64,000 nt of DNA from an uncultured Oscillospiraceae bacterium (lineage in GTDB: Bacteria > Bacillota > Clostridia > Oscillospirales > Oscillospiraceae), in the NCBI GenBank assembly GCA_948616425.1, contig CAPGBJ010000053.1:33-64032 (forward strand). Reading direction: 5' to 3'. This document shows, one piece after another, positions 9,805 to 19,332 of the stretch. Position 1 is the stretch's first letter; every line of letters begins with the position of its first letter. A model generated the notes under the pieces. The model saw only the letters and a list, made by a program, of their open reading frames with translations. It was not told where the DNA came from and did no database searches. The position numbers were made by a program, and so were the translations under genes.

Positions 9805-10668
9805 ATGGCTGAACTTGTGGTGGTAGCCGGCCTGGGGCTGCTGGGCGGTTCTATGGCCAAGGCCCTTAAGCGATACACAGACTGCCAGGTCTTTGGCTGG
9901 AACCGCACCGCCTGTGTTGCGGAACGGGCCCTGGCCGAAGGGGCCATCGACGGCATTGCGGATGACGCCGTCCTGTCCCGCTGTGACCTGTTGATCCCGG
10001 TTTTGTACCCAGAGGCAACCATCGGCTTCTTAAAGCGGGTGATCCCCCAGATGAAACGGGGGGCTCAGGTGGTGGACCTGGTGGGGGTAAAGACCGCCGT
10101 AGTGGAGGCGGTCACCCCTGTGGCCCTGGCCCATGGCGTCCGATATACCGGCGGGCATCCTATGGCTGGACTGGCAAAAGCGGGGTATGAGCGCGCTTTT
10201 TCTGACCTGTTCCAGGGGGCCAGTATGATCCTGGTGCCCACCCCAGCCACGGCTGAGGGGGACATTGACGCCCTTGGCGCCCTCTTCCGCCAGGTAGGAT
10301 TTCAGCGGATCAAGGTCTGTGACCCTCAGACCCATGATCGGATGATTGCCCACACCTCCCAGCTGGCCCATGTGGTGTCCAACTCCTATGTAAAAAGTCC
10401 GGTCTCCCCCCAGTATGTGGGCTTTACCGGCGGCAGCTATAAGGATATGACCCGCATTGCCTGTCTCAACGAACAGGTATGGAAAGAGCTGTTTCTGTTG
10501 AATCGGGAGGCCCTTCTCCCGGAGATCGACCAGCTGCTCTCCCACATGACGCAGATGCGGGACGCCATTGCGGCAGGGGACTCAGACCGGCTGGAGGACA
10601 TTCTGCGCCGGGGCCGAGAGGCCAAGGAGCGGATTGACGCGCTGAACCCAGACCAGCCTTCAGAGTAG
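9805..10668 (+). CDS. tyrA: Prephenate/arogenate dehydrogenase
   Basis: GLGLLGGS Rossmann motif, GGHPMAG, HDRMIAHTSQLAHV, GGSYKDMTRIA. Confidence 0.92.
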   Translation: MAELVVVAGLGLLGGSMAKALKRYTDCQVFGWNRTACVAERALAEGAIDGIADDAVLSRCDLLIPVLYPEATIGFLKRVIPQMKRGAQVVDLVGVKTAVVEAVTPVALAHGVRYTGGHPMAGLAKAGYERAFSDLFQGASMILVPTPATAEGDIDALGALFRQVGFQRIKVCDPQTHDRMIAHTSQLAHVVSNSYVKSPVSPQYVGFTGGSYKDMTRIACLNEQVWKELFLLNREALLPEIDQLLSHMTQMRDAIAAGDSDRLEDILRRGREAKERIDALNPDQPSE

Positions 10669-10705
10669 ATTCTGCCGCATTTCCCACCCCATGGATCAAT
10701 CTATC

Positions 10706-10737
10706 AAACGACGCGCCCCGGTGGGGCGCGTCGTTTT
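10706..10737 (+). terminator. Intrinsic terminator after tyrA
   Basis: AAACGACGCGCCCC-GGT-GGGGCGCGTCGTTTT hairpin. Confidence 0.8.
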
Positions 10738-10760
10738 ACTGTGACGGCATTCAAAAAAGT

Positions 10761-10824
10761 GTAAAGCTTACTTGACACAAAATGTAAAGTGTGCTATACT
10801 CAAAAGTAGTAAAGCAAACTTTAC
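10761..10824 (+). promoter_or_regulatory. Sigma-A promoter overlapped by three GTAAAG-N4-CTTTAC-like operators
   Basis: TTGACA 10772-10777, 17 bp, TATACT 10795-10800; operators at 10761-10776, 10784-10799, 10809-10824. Confidence 0.8.
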
Positions 10825-10874
10825 TTCTCCCGGTCTGTGGAATGGAATCCGCCAATGACGAAAGGGGTGGTTCA

Positions 10875-11078
10875 GTGACCAACAGGATATCGCAGCTGCG
10901 CAAAGAGCGGCGTATCTCCCAGGCGGAGTTGGCCGACAGTGTGGATGTCACCCGGCAGACCATCATCTCCCTGGAGAGCGGCCGGTACAACGCCTCCCTG
11001 CTGCTGGCCCACAAGATTGCCAGGTATTTCGGACTGACCATTGAGGAAGTATTTCTGTTTGAGGAGGAGATACCATGA
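10875..11078 (+). CDS. XRE/Cro-family HTH transcriptional regulator
   Basis: GTG start after AAAGGGGTG; NRISQLRKERRISQAELADSVDVTRQTIISLESGRYNASL. Confidence 0.92.
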   Translation: MTNRISQLRKERRISQAELADSVDVTRQTIISLESGRYNASLLLAHKIARYFGLTIEEVFLFEEEIP

Positions 11079-11503
11079 AACCAACACGAGGAAAGCCCAA
11101 AAAGTGGCAGTGGGCCACAGCTGCCGGGTTTCTGCTTGTGGGACTGCTGCTGCTTCCTCCCTTCGTTCCCGCCTTTCTGCGGGAGAAGCTGCCCCATATT
11201 TTTCTCTCTGTGGGCCTTATTCTGCTGCTCGCTACCATATTTCAAAATGTGTACTACAAGAATCTGCCCATCGACGAGCAAAAGGAACGGGACCGAGAGG
11301 ACCGGGACGAGCGTGCTGCTATGGTTCACATGAGATCCGCCAGCATCCTGATGGACGTAGAGACCGGCCTGATGGTTGTTTTGCTCATCGTGTATGGCGT
11401 TTATTGGGACAATTGGGAGATCTGCTCCCTGCTGCTTTGGATCAACTTTTTTCGAATCTTTGCCATTGAGTTCATCCGCTGGCTGGTCAATCGAAAATAT
11501 TGA
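11075..11503 (+). CDS. Hypothetical 4-TM membrane protein with 'DER' motif, of the type often paired with XRE regulators
   Basis: 142 aa, GAGGAG RBS, ATGA overlap with the XRE gene. Confidence 0.75.
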   Translation: MKPTRGKPKKWQWATAAGFLLVGLLLLPPFVPAFLREKLPHIFLSVGLILLLATIFQNVYYKNLPIDEQKERDREDRDERAAMVHMRSASILMDVETGLMVVLLIVYGVYWDNWEICSLLLWINFFRIFAIEFIRWLVNRKY

Positions 11504-11520
11504 ACTGTGAGGTGTCTGTG

Positions 11521-11616
11521 ATGGAAAAGTTAAAAAAGATGTCCCCCTATCTGATGTTTGCGGCAGCCTGGTCCCTGATTGCCGCCGCCGTTCTGCGCTG
11601 GAATAAGAGGCTGTGA
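11521..11616 (+). CDS. Small hydrophobic protein, 31 aa (MEKLKKMSPYLMFAAAWSLIAAAVLRWNKRL)
   Basis: GAGGTG RBS, fills the gap between two co-directional genes, single TM helix; not in ORF track. Confidence 0.55.
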   Translation: MEKLKKMSPYLMFAAAWSLIAAAVLRWNKRL

Positions 11617-11618
11617 CC

Positions 11619-12506
11619 ATGCGGCGGCTGGAGCTGGCAATTACCCCGGAGCTGGCAGGTGTAAAGGTAGATACCTTGCTCAAGCGCCATATGGGCCTGT
11701 CCGGGACGGTAGTACGCCGCATCAAGTGGCTGGATGACGGTATCCTGGTGGATGGAGTCCGCGTAAACACCCGCTTCTGCCCGGAGGCCGGACAGGTGCT
11801 GTCAGCGCGGCTGTCCGACCCCCAGCGGAGCAGCGGCATCGTCCCCGCCCCCGGGCCGCTGGATATCGTCTATGAGGACGAGGACTTGATCGTCCTCAAC
11901 AAGGCCCCTGGAGTGCCGGTCCACCCGGGGCCGGGACACTTTGACGATACTTTAGGTAATTTTCTGGTGAATTATTATGAAAAAACCGGCCAAGAGGCGG
12001 ATTTTCACCCCGTTCACCGGCTGGACCGGGGCACCACCGGCCTAATTGTCGCCGCCAAGCACCCCCACGCTCAGGAGGCGCTGAAACATCAGCTGCACAC
12101 AGAAAACTTCCGCCGGCTCTATCTGGCGGTGTGTGAGGGGCTTCCCGATCCGATCCACGGAACCATTGACGCCCCCCTGGGACCCAGGCCGGGATCTCTT
12201 GTGGAACAGATGGCGCGGCCTGACGGCAAACCAGCCCGGACGAGATACGGGGTGCTGCGGCACTGGGGGACCCGGTCTCTGGTGAGCCTGGAACTGGAGA
12301 CGGGCCGCACCCACCAGATTCGGGTTCATATGGCCCACATCGGTCACCCCCTCACCGGAGATTTTCTCTACGGCACCGAGGACCAAAACTTGATCGGCAG
12401 GCCGGCCCTCCACTCGGGGTATCTGTCCTTTCTCCACCCCCTCACCGGGGAAAAGCTGCAGTTTTCGGTCCCCCTGCCTGACGATATGGCCCGGCTCCGG
12501 CTGTAA
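11619..12506 (+). CDS. RluA/RluD family pseudouridine synthase
   Basis: HRLDRGTTG catalytic Asp motif, LETGRTHQIRVH, GDFLYG; start could be GTG 11613. Confidence 0.93.
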   Translation: MRRLELAITPELAGVKVDTLLKRHMGLSGTVVRRIKWLDDGILVDGVRVNTRFCPEAGQVLSARLSDPQRSSGIVPAPGPLDIVYEDEDLIVLNKAPGVPVHPGPGHFDDTLGNFLVNYYEKTGQEADFHPVHRLDRGTTGLIVAAKHPHAQEALKHQLHTENFRRLYLAVCEGLPDPIHGTIDAPLGPRPGSLVEQMARPDGKPARTRYGVLRHWGTRSLVSLELETGRTHQIRVHMAHIGHPLTGDFLYGTEDQNLIGRPALHSGYLSFLHPLTGEKLQFSVPLPDDMARLRL

Positions 12507-12591
12507 AATCTGACAAAAAAATACTGGAAATCCCGCCGTTCTTGTGGTACAATGGCAGGTGTAAAATTTTAGCCGCTGGAGGTATGTCAAT

Positions 12592-14307
12592 ATGTCCTAT
12601 CGCGATACTTATCAGGCATGGCTGGCCAGCTCCGCCCTGACCGCTGAGGAGAAGGCCGAGCTGGAGGCCATCAAAAACGACGAGAAGGAGATCGAGTCCC
12701 GCTTCTTCTCCCAGCTGGAGTTTGGCACCGCCGGCCTTCGGGGCACCATGGGGATGGGCACCTACCGCATGAACATCTACACGGTCAGCCATGCCACCCA
12801 GGCCTTTGCCCAGGTCATTTTGGCCGAGGGGCCCGAGGCAGTAAAGCGGGGGGTGGCGGTGTGTTACGACTGCCGCAACCACTCCGACGAGTTTGCCAAG
12901 GCGGCGGCCCTGATCCTGGCCAACAACGGCATCCCCGTGCGCCTGTTTGACGCGCTGCGCCCCACCCCGGAACTGTCCTTCGCCATCCGGGAGTACGGCT
13001 GTATCGCCGGCATCAACGTCACCGCCAGCCACAACCCCAAGGAGTACAACGGCTACAAGGTCTACTGGGAGGACGGCGCCCAGCTGCCCCCCAACCACGC
13101 CGACCAGGTGGCAAAGATTATGAAAGAGCTGGATGTCTTCGCCGGGCCCAAGCTGAGCTCTCCCGCCCCCGCCCCCATTACCATGATGGGCGAGGAGACC
13201 GACGAGAAGTTCCTGGCCAACGCCCTGGGGCAGGTCTACGACAAGGGGGCGGTGGAGAAGGTGGCCGACACCTTTAAGATGGTGTACACCCCTTTCCACG
13301 GCACCGGCTACAGACTGATCCCCGAGGCGCTGAAGCGTCTGGGCATGAAGCATGTCATCTGCGTCCCGGAACAGATGGTAATAGACGGCAACTTTCCCAC
13401 AGTCGTCTCCCCCAATCCGGAGAATCCCGAGGGCTTCTACCTGGCGGTGGATATCGCCAAGAAGGAGGGGGCCGACTTCATTTTGGGCTCAGACCCCGAC
13501 GCCGACCGGGTGGGCCTGATGGTCAACACCGGGAACGGGGAGTTCAAGGTGCTCACCGGCAACCAGACCGGCGTGCTGCTGCTGGACTACCTGATTGGCG
13601 CCATGAAGCGCACCGGCAAGCTGCCCGCCAAACCGGTGGCCCTGAAGACCATCGTCACCACCGAAATGGCCCGGAAAGTTGCCGAGGTCAATGGCCTGCA
13701 GTGCTTTGACACCTTCACTGGCTTTAAGTTCCTGGCCCAGAAGAAGGATCAGCTGGAGGCGTCCGGCGAAGGCAATGTTATCATGTCCTACGAGGAGAGC
13801 TACGGCTATATGTTGGGCTCCTATGTCCGGGACAAGGACGCCGTCACCGCCGCTGTGGCCATGACTGAGATGGCTGCATGGTACGCCGGCCAGGACATGA
13901 CCCTGTACGACGCCCTGCTGGCCCTCTATGAGAAGTACGGCTACTATGGCGAGCGGACCATGAATCTGGTGATGCCCGGTCTGGACGGCCTGAAGAAGAT
14001 GGCCGAGCTGATGGCTAACCTCCGGGAAAGGCCGCCAGTAGAGATCGCGGGAGTTGCCGTAAAGGAGCAAAAGGACTACAAGGACGGCAGCATAGTTCAG
14101 GTAGCTGACGGCAGCAGGTCCACAATGGAGCTGTCCGGCTCCAACGTACTGCGCTATGAGATGGCTGACGGCACCAGTCTCATTGTCCGGCCCTCGGGCA
14201 CTGAGCCAAAGGTTAAGGTGTATATCCTGGCCAACGGCGCCGACAGGGCGGAGTGCGACGCCAAAGTGGAGAAGTATGCCGCTTGGTCGGAGAGCTTGAA
14301 GGGCTGA
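12592..14307 (+). CDS. pgm: Phosphoglucomutase/phosphomannomutase
   Basis: FGTAGLRG, TASHNP phosphoserine loop, DPDADR metal loop, RPSGTEPKVKVY. Confidence 0.95.
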   Translation: MSYRDTYQAWLASSALTAEEKAELEAIKNDEKEIESRFFSQLEFGTAGLRGTMGMGTYRMNIYTVSHATQAFAQVILAEGPEAVKRGVAVCYDCRNHSDEFAKAAALILANNGIPVRLFDALRPTPELSFAIREYGCIAGINVTASHNPKEYNGYKVYWEDGAQLPPNHADQVAKIMKELDVFAGPKLSSPAPAPITMMGEETDEKFLANALGQVYDKGAVEKVADTFKMVYTPFHGTGYRLIPEALKRLGMKHVICVPEQMVIDGNFPTVVSPNPENPEGFYLAVDIAKKEGADFILGSDPDADRVGLMVNTGNGEFKVLTGNQTGVLLLDYLIGAMKRTGKLPAKPVALKTIVTTEMARKVAEVNGLQCFDTFTGFKFLAQKKDQLEASGEGNVIMSYEESYGYMLGSYVRDKDAVTAAVAMTEMAAWYAGQDMTLYDALLALYEKYGYYGERTMNLVMPGLDGLKKMAELMANLRERPPVEIAGVAVKEQKDYKDGSIVQVADGSRSTMELSGSNVLRYEMADGTSLIVRPSGTEPKVKVYILANGADRAECDAKVEKYAAWSESLKG

Positions 14308-14380
14308 TGGGCCCCATATATAGACTGCAACCCCCCAGTTCCTCACAGGAGGACCGGGGGGTTGGTATGTTTTGCGGTGT

Positions 14381-14734
14381 TTACTCTCCCTGAAAGGCGC
14401 GGATGGCGGCGGCGGTCTGGGCGTAATCCGCCTCCACCTGGGGGAGAAGCTGACCGGCCAAGTCGTAATCTTTGGTGCGCAGGGCCTCGGTAATCTGATG
14501 GCTGGAGTGGTACAGCTTGGTAAAGCTCAGATTCTGGCTGACGCCCTTCAGCGTGTGAGCAGCGCGGAAGGCCTCCTCGTGTTGGCCCGTCTGCATCGAA
14601 GTCTCCAACAGCTGGAAGGAGGGGTCAGACAGGAATTTCAGCAGGAACTTACGTACCAGCGCCTCGCTGTAAAGTCGATTTAGGACCTCCTCATAGTCGC
14701 CCTCCAGGGCGGCGTAGCACTCTTGAATGGTCAA
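14381..14734 (-). CDS. Hpt (histidine phosphotransfer) domain protein
   Basis: AFRAAHTLKGVSQNL; TTG start overlapping the upstream stop. Confidence 0.9.
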   Translation of the reverse strand: MTIQECYAALEGDYEEVLNRLYSEALVRKFLLKFLSDPSFQLLETSMQTGQHEEAFRAAHTLKGVSQNLSFTKLYHSSHQITEALRTKDYDLAGQLLPQVEADYAQTAAAIRAFQGE

Positions 14735-16269
14735 TGCGTTTCCTCCTCTCCCTTACATTCCACCATCTTTCCGATCACACCTGTGTACTGAGGCGGCTCA
14801 TCGGGGGACCACACAGACTGACAGATAATCTGGAACCGCGCCGGAGCCCCATCTATATGGGAGTCAAAATAGTACTCCACAGAGGGCTCCTCAGGACTGG
14901 TCTCCTGTAGCCGCTGGGCCAGTTCCGTCATCTGGTCCACACTCATCAGCTCCAGGACCCGCTTGTTGTGGTAGGGGTCTACTGTGTCTCGCTCCAGGCC
15001 AAGGCGCTGCACACCCCGGGGGTAGAGTGTGAGCATGGAGGGCGTTCTGGTGTACTCAAACAGAATATCCTGGCTCAGGGAGGAGAAAAAGCGCAGCTTA
15101 TTCCGCTCCAACTCCAGCACGCGCAGGGTGCGGTCCGCGGTGATCAGCTCCTCATTCTGCAGCACCTCTGTGGCCGTGTTCTCCATAATCCGCTGCTCAC
15201 CGCGAAGAACGGTATCCACCGCCATTTCTTTTTGAATCATGTCGCTGCTCTCTACCAGACACTCCAGCAATAGGGGCTGGAATGCGCCGCACTCGCCGTT
15301 GAGAATCATTGCCAGCGCCTTCTCGTGGGAGTGAGCCGGCTTGTAGACCCGCTCGCTGGTCAGGGCGTCGTACACGTCGGCCAGCGCCACAACCTGGGCC
15401 GAGATGGGGATTTCTTCCCCCACCAGCCCATCGGGATAGCCCCTGCCGTCATACCGTTCGTGGTGCCAGTGGCAGATTTCATAGGCGTACTTCACCAGCG
15501 GCTCGTCCTGGAACGGCACCCCACGCATCATCTCCGCGCCCATTCGGGAGTGCTCCTTCATAATGGCAAACTCCTCTGGCGTAAACTTGCCCGGCTTATT
15601 CAGCACCTCGGTAGGAATGCCGATTTTCCCCACATCGTGGAGGGTGGAGGCGTTTCCGATCAGATTGATGGTCTCCCGGTCCAGCTGATATTTGTCGGTT
15701 TTACGCATCAGGCTTTTGAGCAAAATCTCCGTCATGGTTTGGATGTGGAGGACGTGCAGGCCGCTCTCCTCGTTCCGGAACTCCACAATGTGGCTGAGAA
15801 TGGAGATCATCAGATTGTTGATCTTTTCTCTTTGATAGATCTGCTCGTTCACCATCGCCGCCAGCCGGCGCTGTTTGGCGTAAAGCATAATGGTGTTGAT
15901 TACCCGCCGGCGCACTACCATCATATCGAAGGGGCGGCTGATGTAGTCGGTGACACCCATATCATAGGCCCGCTCAATAAAGGAGTGGGTGCTCTCTGCC
16001 GAGATCATGATGACAGGTACGGTGTCAATCCAGTTGTACTGATTCATAGCGGACAGCACATCAAAGCCGTCCATGTTGGGCATCACGATATCCAATAAGA
16101 CCAGAGAGATCTCCTGATCCTTTTGCTGAAGAATGGCCACCGCCTGCAGGCCGTCCTCCGCCTCGATAATATCGTAGGATTCCTCCAGCATAGAGCGAAG
16201 AATCGTTCGATTCATGTCCGAGTCGTCGGCGACCAGGATGGTATGTCGCTGTTCTTTGTTTGTGGACAC
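14731..16269 (-). CDS. Response regulator with REC and HD-GYP phosphodiesterase domains (RpfG-like)
   Basis: ILVADD...LLDIVMPNMDG; HDVGKIGIP; HHERYDGRGYPDGL; extra C-terminal domain. Confidence 0.92.
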   Translation of the reverse strand: MSTNKEQRHTILVADDSDMNRTILRSMLEESYDIIEAEDGLQAVAILQQKDQEISLVLLDIVMPNMDGFDVLSAMNQYNWIDTVPVIMISAESTHSFIERAYDMGVTDYISRPFDMMVVRRRVINTIMLYAKQRRLAAMVNEQIYQREKINNLMISILSHIVEFRNEESGLHVLHIQTMTEILLKSLMRKTDKYQLDRETINLIGNASTLHDVGKIGIPTEVLNKPGKFTPEEFAIMKEHSRMGAEMMRGVPFQDEPLVKYAYEICHWHHERYDGRGYPDGLVGEEIPISAQVVALADVYDALTSERVYKPAHSHEKALAMILNGECGAFQPLLLECLVESSDMIQKEMAVDTVLRGEQRIMENTATEVLQNEELITADRTLRVLELERNKLRFFSSLSQDILFEYTRTPSMLTLYPRGVQRLGLERDTVDPYHNKRVLELMSVDQMTELAQRLQETSPEEPSVEYYFDSHIDGAPARFQIICQSVWSPDEPPQYTGVIGKMVECKGEEETH

Positions 16270-16274
16270 GATAG

Positions 16275-18839
16275 TCAGTCCTCCTCTGTTGACGTTTTGT
16301 CCTGGGCACCATCACGCTCGGACATCAATTTTGTCAGGGTACTACATAACAATTCTATGTTGATCGGCTTTGCCAGATGGGCATTCATGCCCGCCTGAGC
16401 GGTGCGGCTGATATCCTCCGCAAAGGCGTTGGCAGTCAGGGCGATAATAGGGATGCGCTCCGCGTCTGGGCGGTCCATGGCGCGGATGGCCTCGGCCGCC
16501 TGACAGCCGTCCATCTCTGGCATCTGCATATCCATCAGGATAGCGTCAAAGAAGAAGGGCAGCTCCCGCTGGAATGCCTCCACTGCCTCACGGCCGTTTT
16601 CGGCCTGGGTCACTTCAGCGCCCCGCATTTTCAGCAGTTCGGTGGCAATCTCCATGTTGAGCAGATTGTCCTCCGCCAAAAGGATGTGCCGCCCGCTCAG
16701 CTGAGACAAGTCCTCAGGCGCTTTCTCCTGGGCGGGCAGAAGCCCCTCCCCCAGATCGAAAGGCAGGGTGACAGAGAAGGTGGTTCCCTGTCCCAACACG
16801 CTGCTCACAACAATCTGGCCGCCCATTCGGGTCACCAGATTTTTTACGATGGGCATCCCCAGGCCGGTTCCCATAACCTCCTTGGCGCCAAAACGCACCT
16901 CGCGCTCGTAGGGGTCGAACAGTTTGGGCAGGAAATCTTCAGACATGCCGGCCCCTGTGTCAGAGACGACAAACAGATAGTTATTTCTCTTGCCCTCGTC
17001 CATCTGCCGCAGAGTGACAGACAGCCGATCTCCTGAACTGGTGAACTTCATGGAGTTGGACACCAGGTTGTTGATGATCTGTCCCAGACGGGCGGGATCG
17101 CCTTTGATCATCCTGTTTTTTACATCAATCGACAGCTGGAACTCCTTGTTCTGTTCCTTAGCCTGGGTCTGGAAAGGGGAGACGCAGGTCTCAAGGGTCT
17201 GTATCAGGTCGAAGGGCTTGATCTCCATCGAGACGTTCCCCTGTTCCAAACGGGATATCTCCAAGATATCGTTGATGAGGGCCAGCAGCTGCTGGCTGGC
17301 GGCGCTGATCTTGGTCACATAGCCGGCCATTCGCTCCCGGTCACAGTCCGGCTGGAGGGCCAGCCCCGCCATGCCTATGATGATGTTCAGAGGGGTGCGC
17401 ATGTCGTGGCTCATAACGGAGAAGAACTGTTTTTGGGACTTCTCGCTCTGCTCCGCGGCGGACAGCGCCCCTTTCAGCAGGCGTACTTGCTTCTGCTGTT
17501 CCTCCTTCTCCCGCTCCACATCCCGGAAGCAAATCACCGCCTCATTGGGAATGCGCTCCGGGTCGGTGAGAAGCCGTATGCTGATCCAGCGCTGCTCCTC
17601 CTCAAACTGGCGCAAAAACTCGCCACCAAAGTCCCTTACCTGCTGGTTCACCAGCTGCCTGATATTCTCCAGGGAAAAACTGTTGGAAAATTCCTTTCCC
17701 GTCCACTCGTCCAGGCTGGAGACAATGACCCGCAGCAGTTCATTGTAATCGCCCTGGTTCTCTTTCAGCTCCTGCATGACAAAATCTGAGCCCTTGGTCA
17801 TCTCGTAGGTGCCGGCCGCCACGTTCACACGGTAGATGGCATAGTACATGTTGCCCAGTACCTGAACCGTCTCCGTGCTCCGCTTGGCCGTCCGGCTCAG
17901 CCTGCGGTCCCGCAGCCACATGCCCACGGCGATGAGAAGGAAGAAGAGCAATCCAATGCCGTACCACACCAGGATGCTCTGCACGCCCTCCAGGAGGGTC
18001 TCATAGGGGACTGTCAGGATACAAAGCCAGCCGTTTTCCGCATATTGGTAGTACAGGCCCCGGGTGGCCTTCTGCATCCCAATGATCTCGTTGTGCTTGC
18101 CGTCCAACTCCCCACGGCCGACCCGGTCGAACAGGTCTTTGGTGTAGACTTGAAGCTCCTCCTCAGTGGCTTGGAACGGGACGTTGTAGTACAAAAGACT
18201 GCCCTGGCTGTCCAGCACATAGTAGGCGCCGCCTACAGGCAGGTCCTGTATGGTGTGATCGGCGCGGAAGTGGTCCAAAGGTACGTCAAAAGCGACAGCG
18301 TTGTCGCTTCCGGCGGCGGACACGGCAACCGTGACAACCATTTGCCCCTGATAGATGTCGCTGGCATAGGCGTCAGTGAAGATCACCTTACCCGACGCCT
18401 CCATAGCCTGCTGGTACCAGGATTGGCTTTGATAGTCATAGTTCTCGTCACGGGTCCCGCCGGCTGAGATGATCTGGCCATTTAGAACCGCATAGATATC
18501 TAAACTGCTGGCGCTGACCAGAGTGGTGCTTTTTGCAAAGAAGTCCACCAGCCAAGCTTCAAATTCGGCGGTGGCCACGCCCTGGTCGTCCATATCCTCT
18601 AAGTAGTACATCGCCATGGTGAGAATACGGTCATATTGACTGAGCTGGTTGTCTTCATCGTTGGAATAGCTGGTCACCAGATTTTTTCCCATAGTCCTGG
18701 CGTTGTCCAGCAGCAGTTGCTGACTGACAAACATTCCGGCAGCCGCCACTAATACGAACAGGCCCAAAAGCCACAGAATTCGCCAGCTGCTCCATTTGCT
18801 GAGAGAGCCATGCCCCTCGTTGTGACGCATATTGTTCAT
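16275..18839 (-). CDS. Hybrid sensor histidine kinase (extracellular Cache-like domain, HisKA, HATPase, REC)
   Basis: 2 TM; MSHDMRTPLN H-box; NLVSNSMKFT; DTGAGM; GTGLGMPI; C-terminal AEDN...MDMQMPEMDG. Confidence 0.94.
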   Translation of the reverse strand: MNNMRHNEGHGSLSKWSSWRILWLLGLFVLVAAAGMFVSQQLLLDNARTMGKNLVTSYSNDEDNQLSQYDRILTMAMYYLEDMDDQGVATAEFEAWLVDFFAKSTTLVSASSLDIYAVLNGQIISAGGTRDENYDYQSQSWYQQAMEASGKVIFTDAYASDIYQGQMVVTVAVSAAGSDNAVAFDVPLDHFRADHTIQDLPVGGAYYVLDSQGSLLYYNVPFQATEEELQVYTKDLFDRVGRGELDGKHNEIIGMQKATRGLYYQYAENGWLCILTVPYETLLEGVQSILVWYGIGLLFFLLIAVGMWLRDRRLSRTAKRSTETVQVLGNMYYAIYRVNVAAGTYEMTKGSDFVMQELKENQGDYNELLRVIVSSLDEWTGKEFSNSFSLENIRQLVNQQVRDFGGEFLRQFEEEQRWISIRLLTDPERIPNEAVICFRDVEREKEEQQKQVRLLKGALSAAEQSEKSQKQFFSVMSHDMRTPLNIIIGMAGLALQPDCDRERMAGYVTKISAASQQLLALINDILEISRLEQGNVSMEIKPFDLIQTLETCVSPFQTQAKEQNKEFQLSIDVKNRMIKGDPARLGQIINNLVSNSMKFTSSGDRLSVTLRQMDEGKRNNYLFVVSDTGAGMSEDFLPKLFDPYEREVRFGAKEVMGTGLGMPIVKNLVTRMGGQIVVSSVLGQGTTFSVTLPFDLGEGLLPAQEKAPEDLSQLSGRHILLAEDNLLNMEIATELLKMRGAEVTQAENGREAVEAFQRELPFFFDAILMDMQMPEMDGCQAAEAIRAMDRPDAERIPIIALTANAFAEDISRTAQAGMNAHLAKPINIELLCSTLTKLMSERDGAQDKTSTEED

Positions 18840-19006
18840 TCCTCCTTGGTCGGGCTCTCAAAAGCCAGTACCATCCATTGACGAAGGGGCGGTCAGCCTG
18901 CCGGCAGCCCCAATAGACCTTGGACGCTGTCTGTTCCGATTTGGCGGGGCAGTCAGCCTGCGCGCCGCCTCCTGATCAGTCTCTGATTTTTTTACTGACA
19001 GGTTTT

Positions 19007-19173
19007 TAGGCGCTGTTTGAAAAATGGAACTATGCGCAGCGGCGAGAGATTTTTCTGCCAGACAAGCACAATTTTTTCCCAGGAATACTGGATGTATTGC
19101 AAGAAAAATTGGGGCGGTATGGCGGAAAAAGGCCCGCCTCTTGGGTGTATTGATATGTTTCAAACAAGCCCTA
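19007..19173. mobile_element. ~165-bp non-autonomous MITE-like element
   Basis: Imperfect terminal inverted repeats TAGGCGCTGTTTGAAA / TTTCAAACAAGCCCTA (13/16 including flanking TA), internal dyad symmetry, second copy at 5135-5272. Confidence 0.7.
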
Positions 19174-19332
19174 GGCGGCGAAGGGGGCGGCTGACACAAG
19201 CAAAATTACCGAGCCGGCGGCGGGAATAGAGGGCCGCCGCTCCTGCTTTCGCCGAAAAACCATGGCGCACCTTGTCGGTGGACAGAAAAAACGTCCCTTA
19301 GCCCAGAGACGGCAGACATTAGCGCAGAATAT

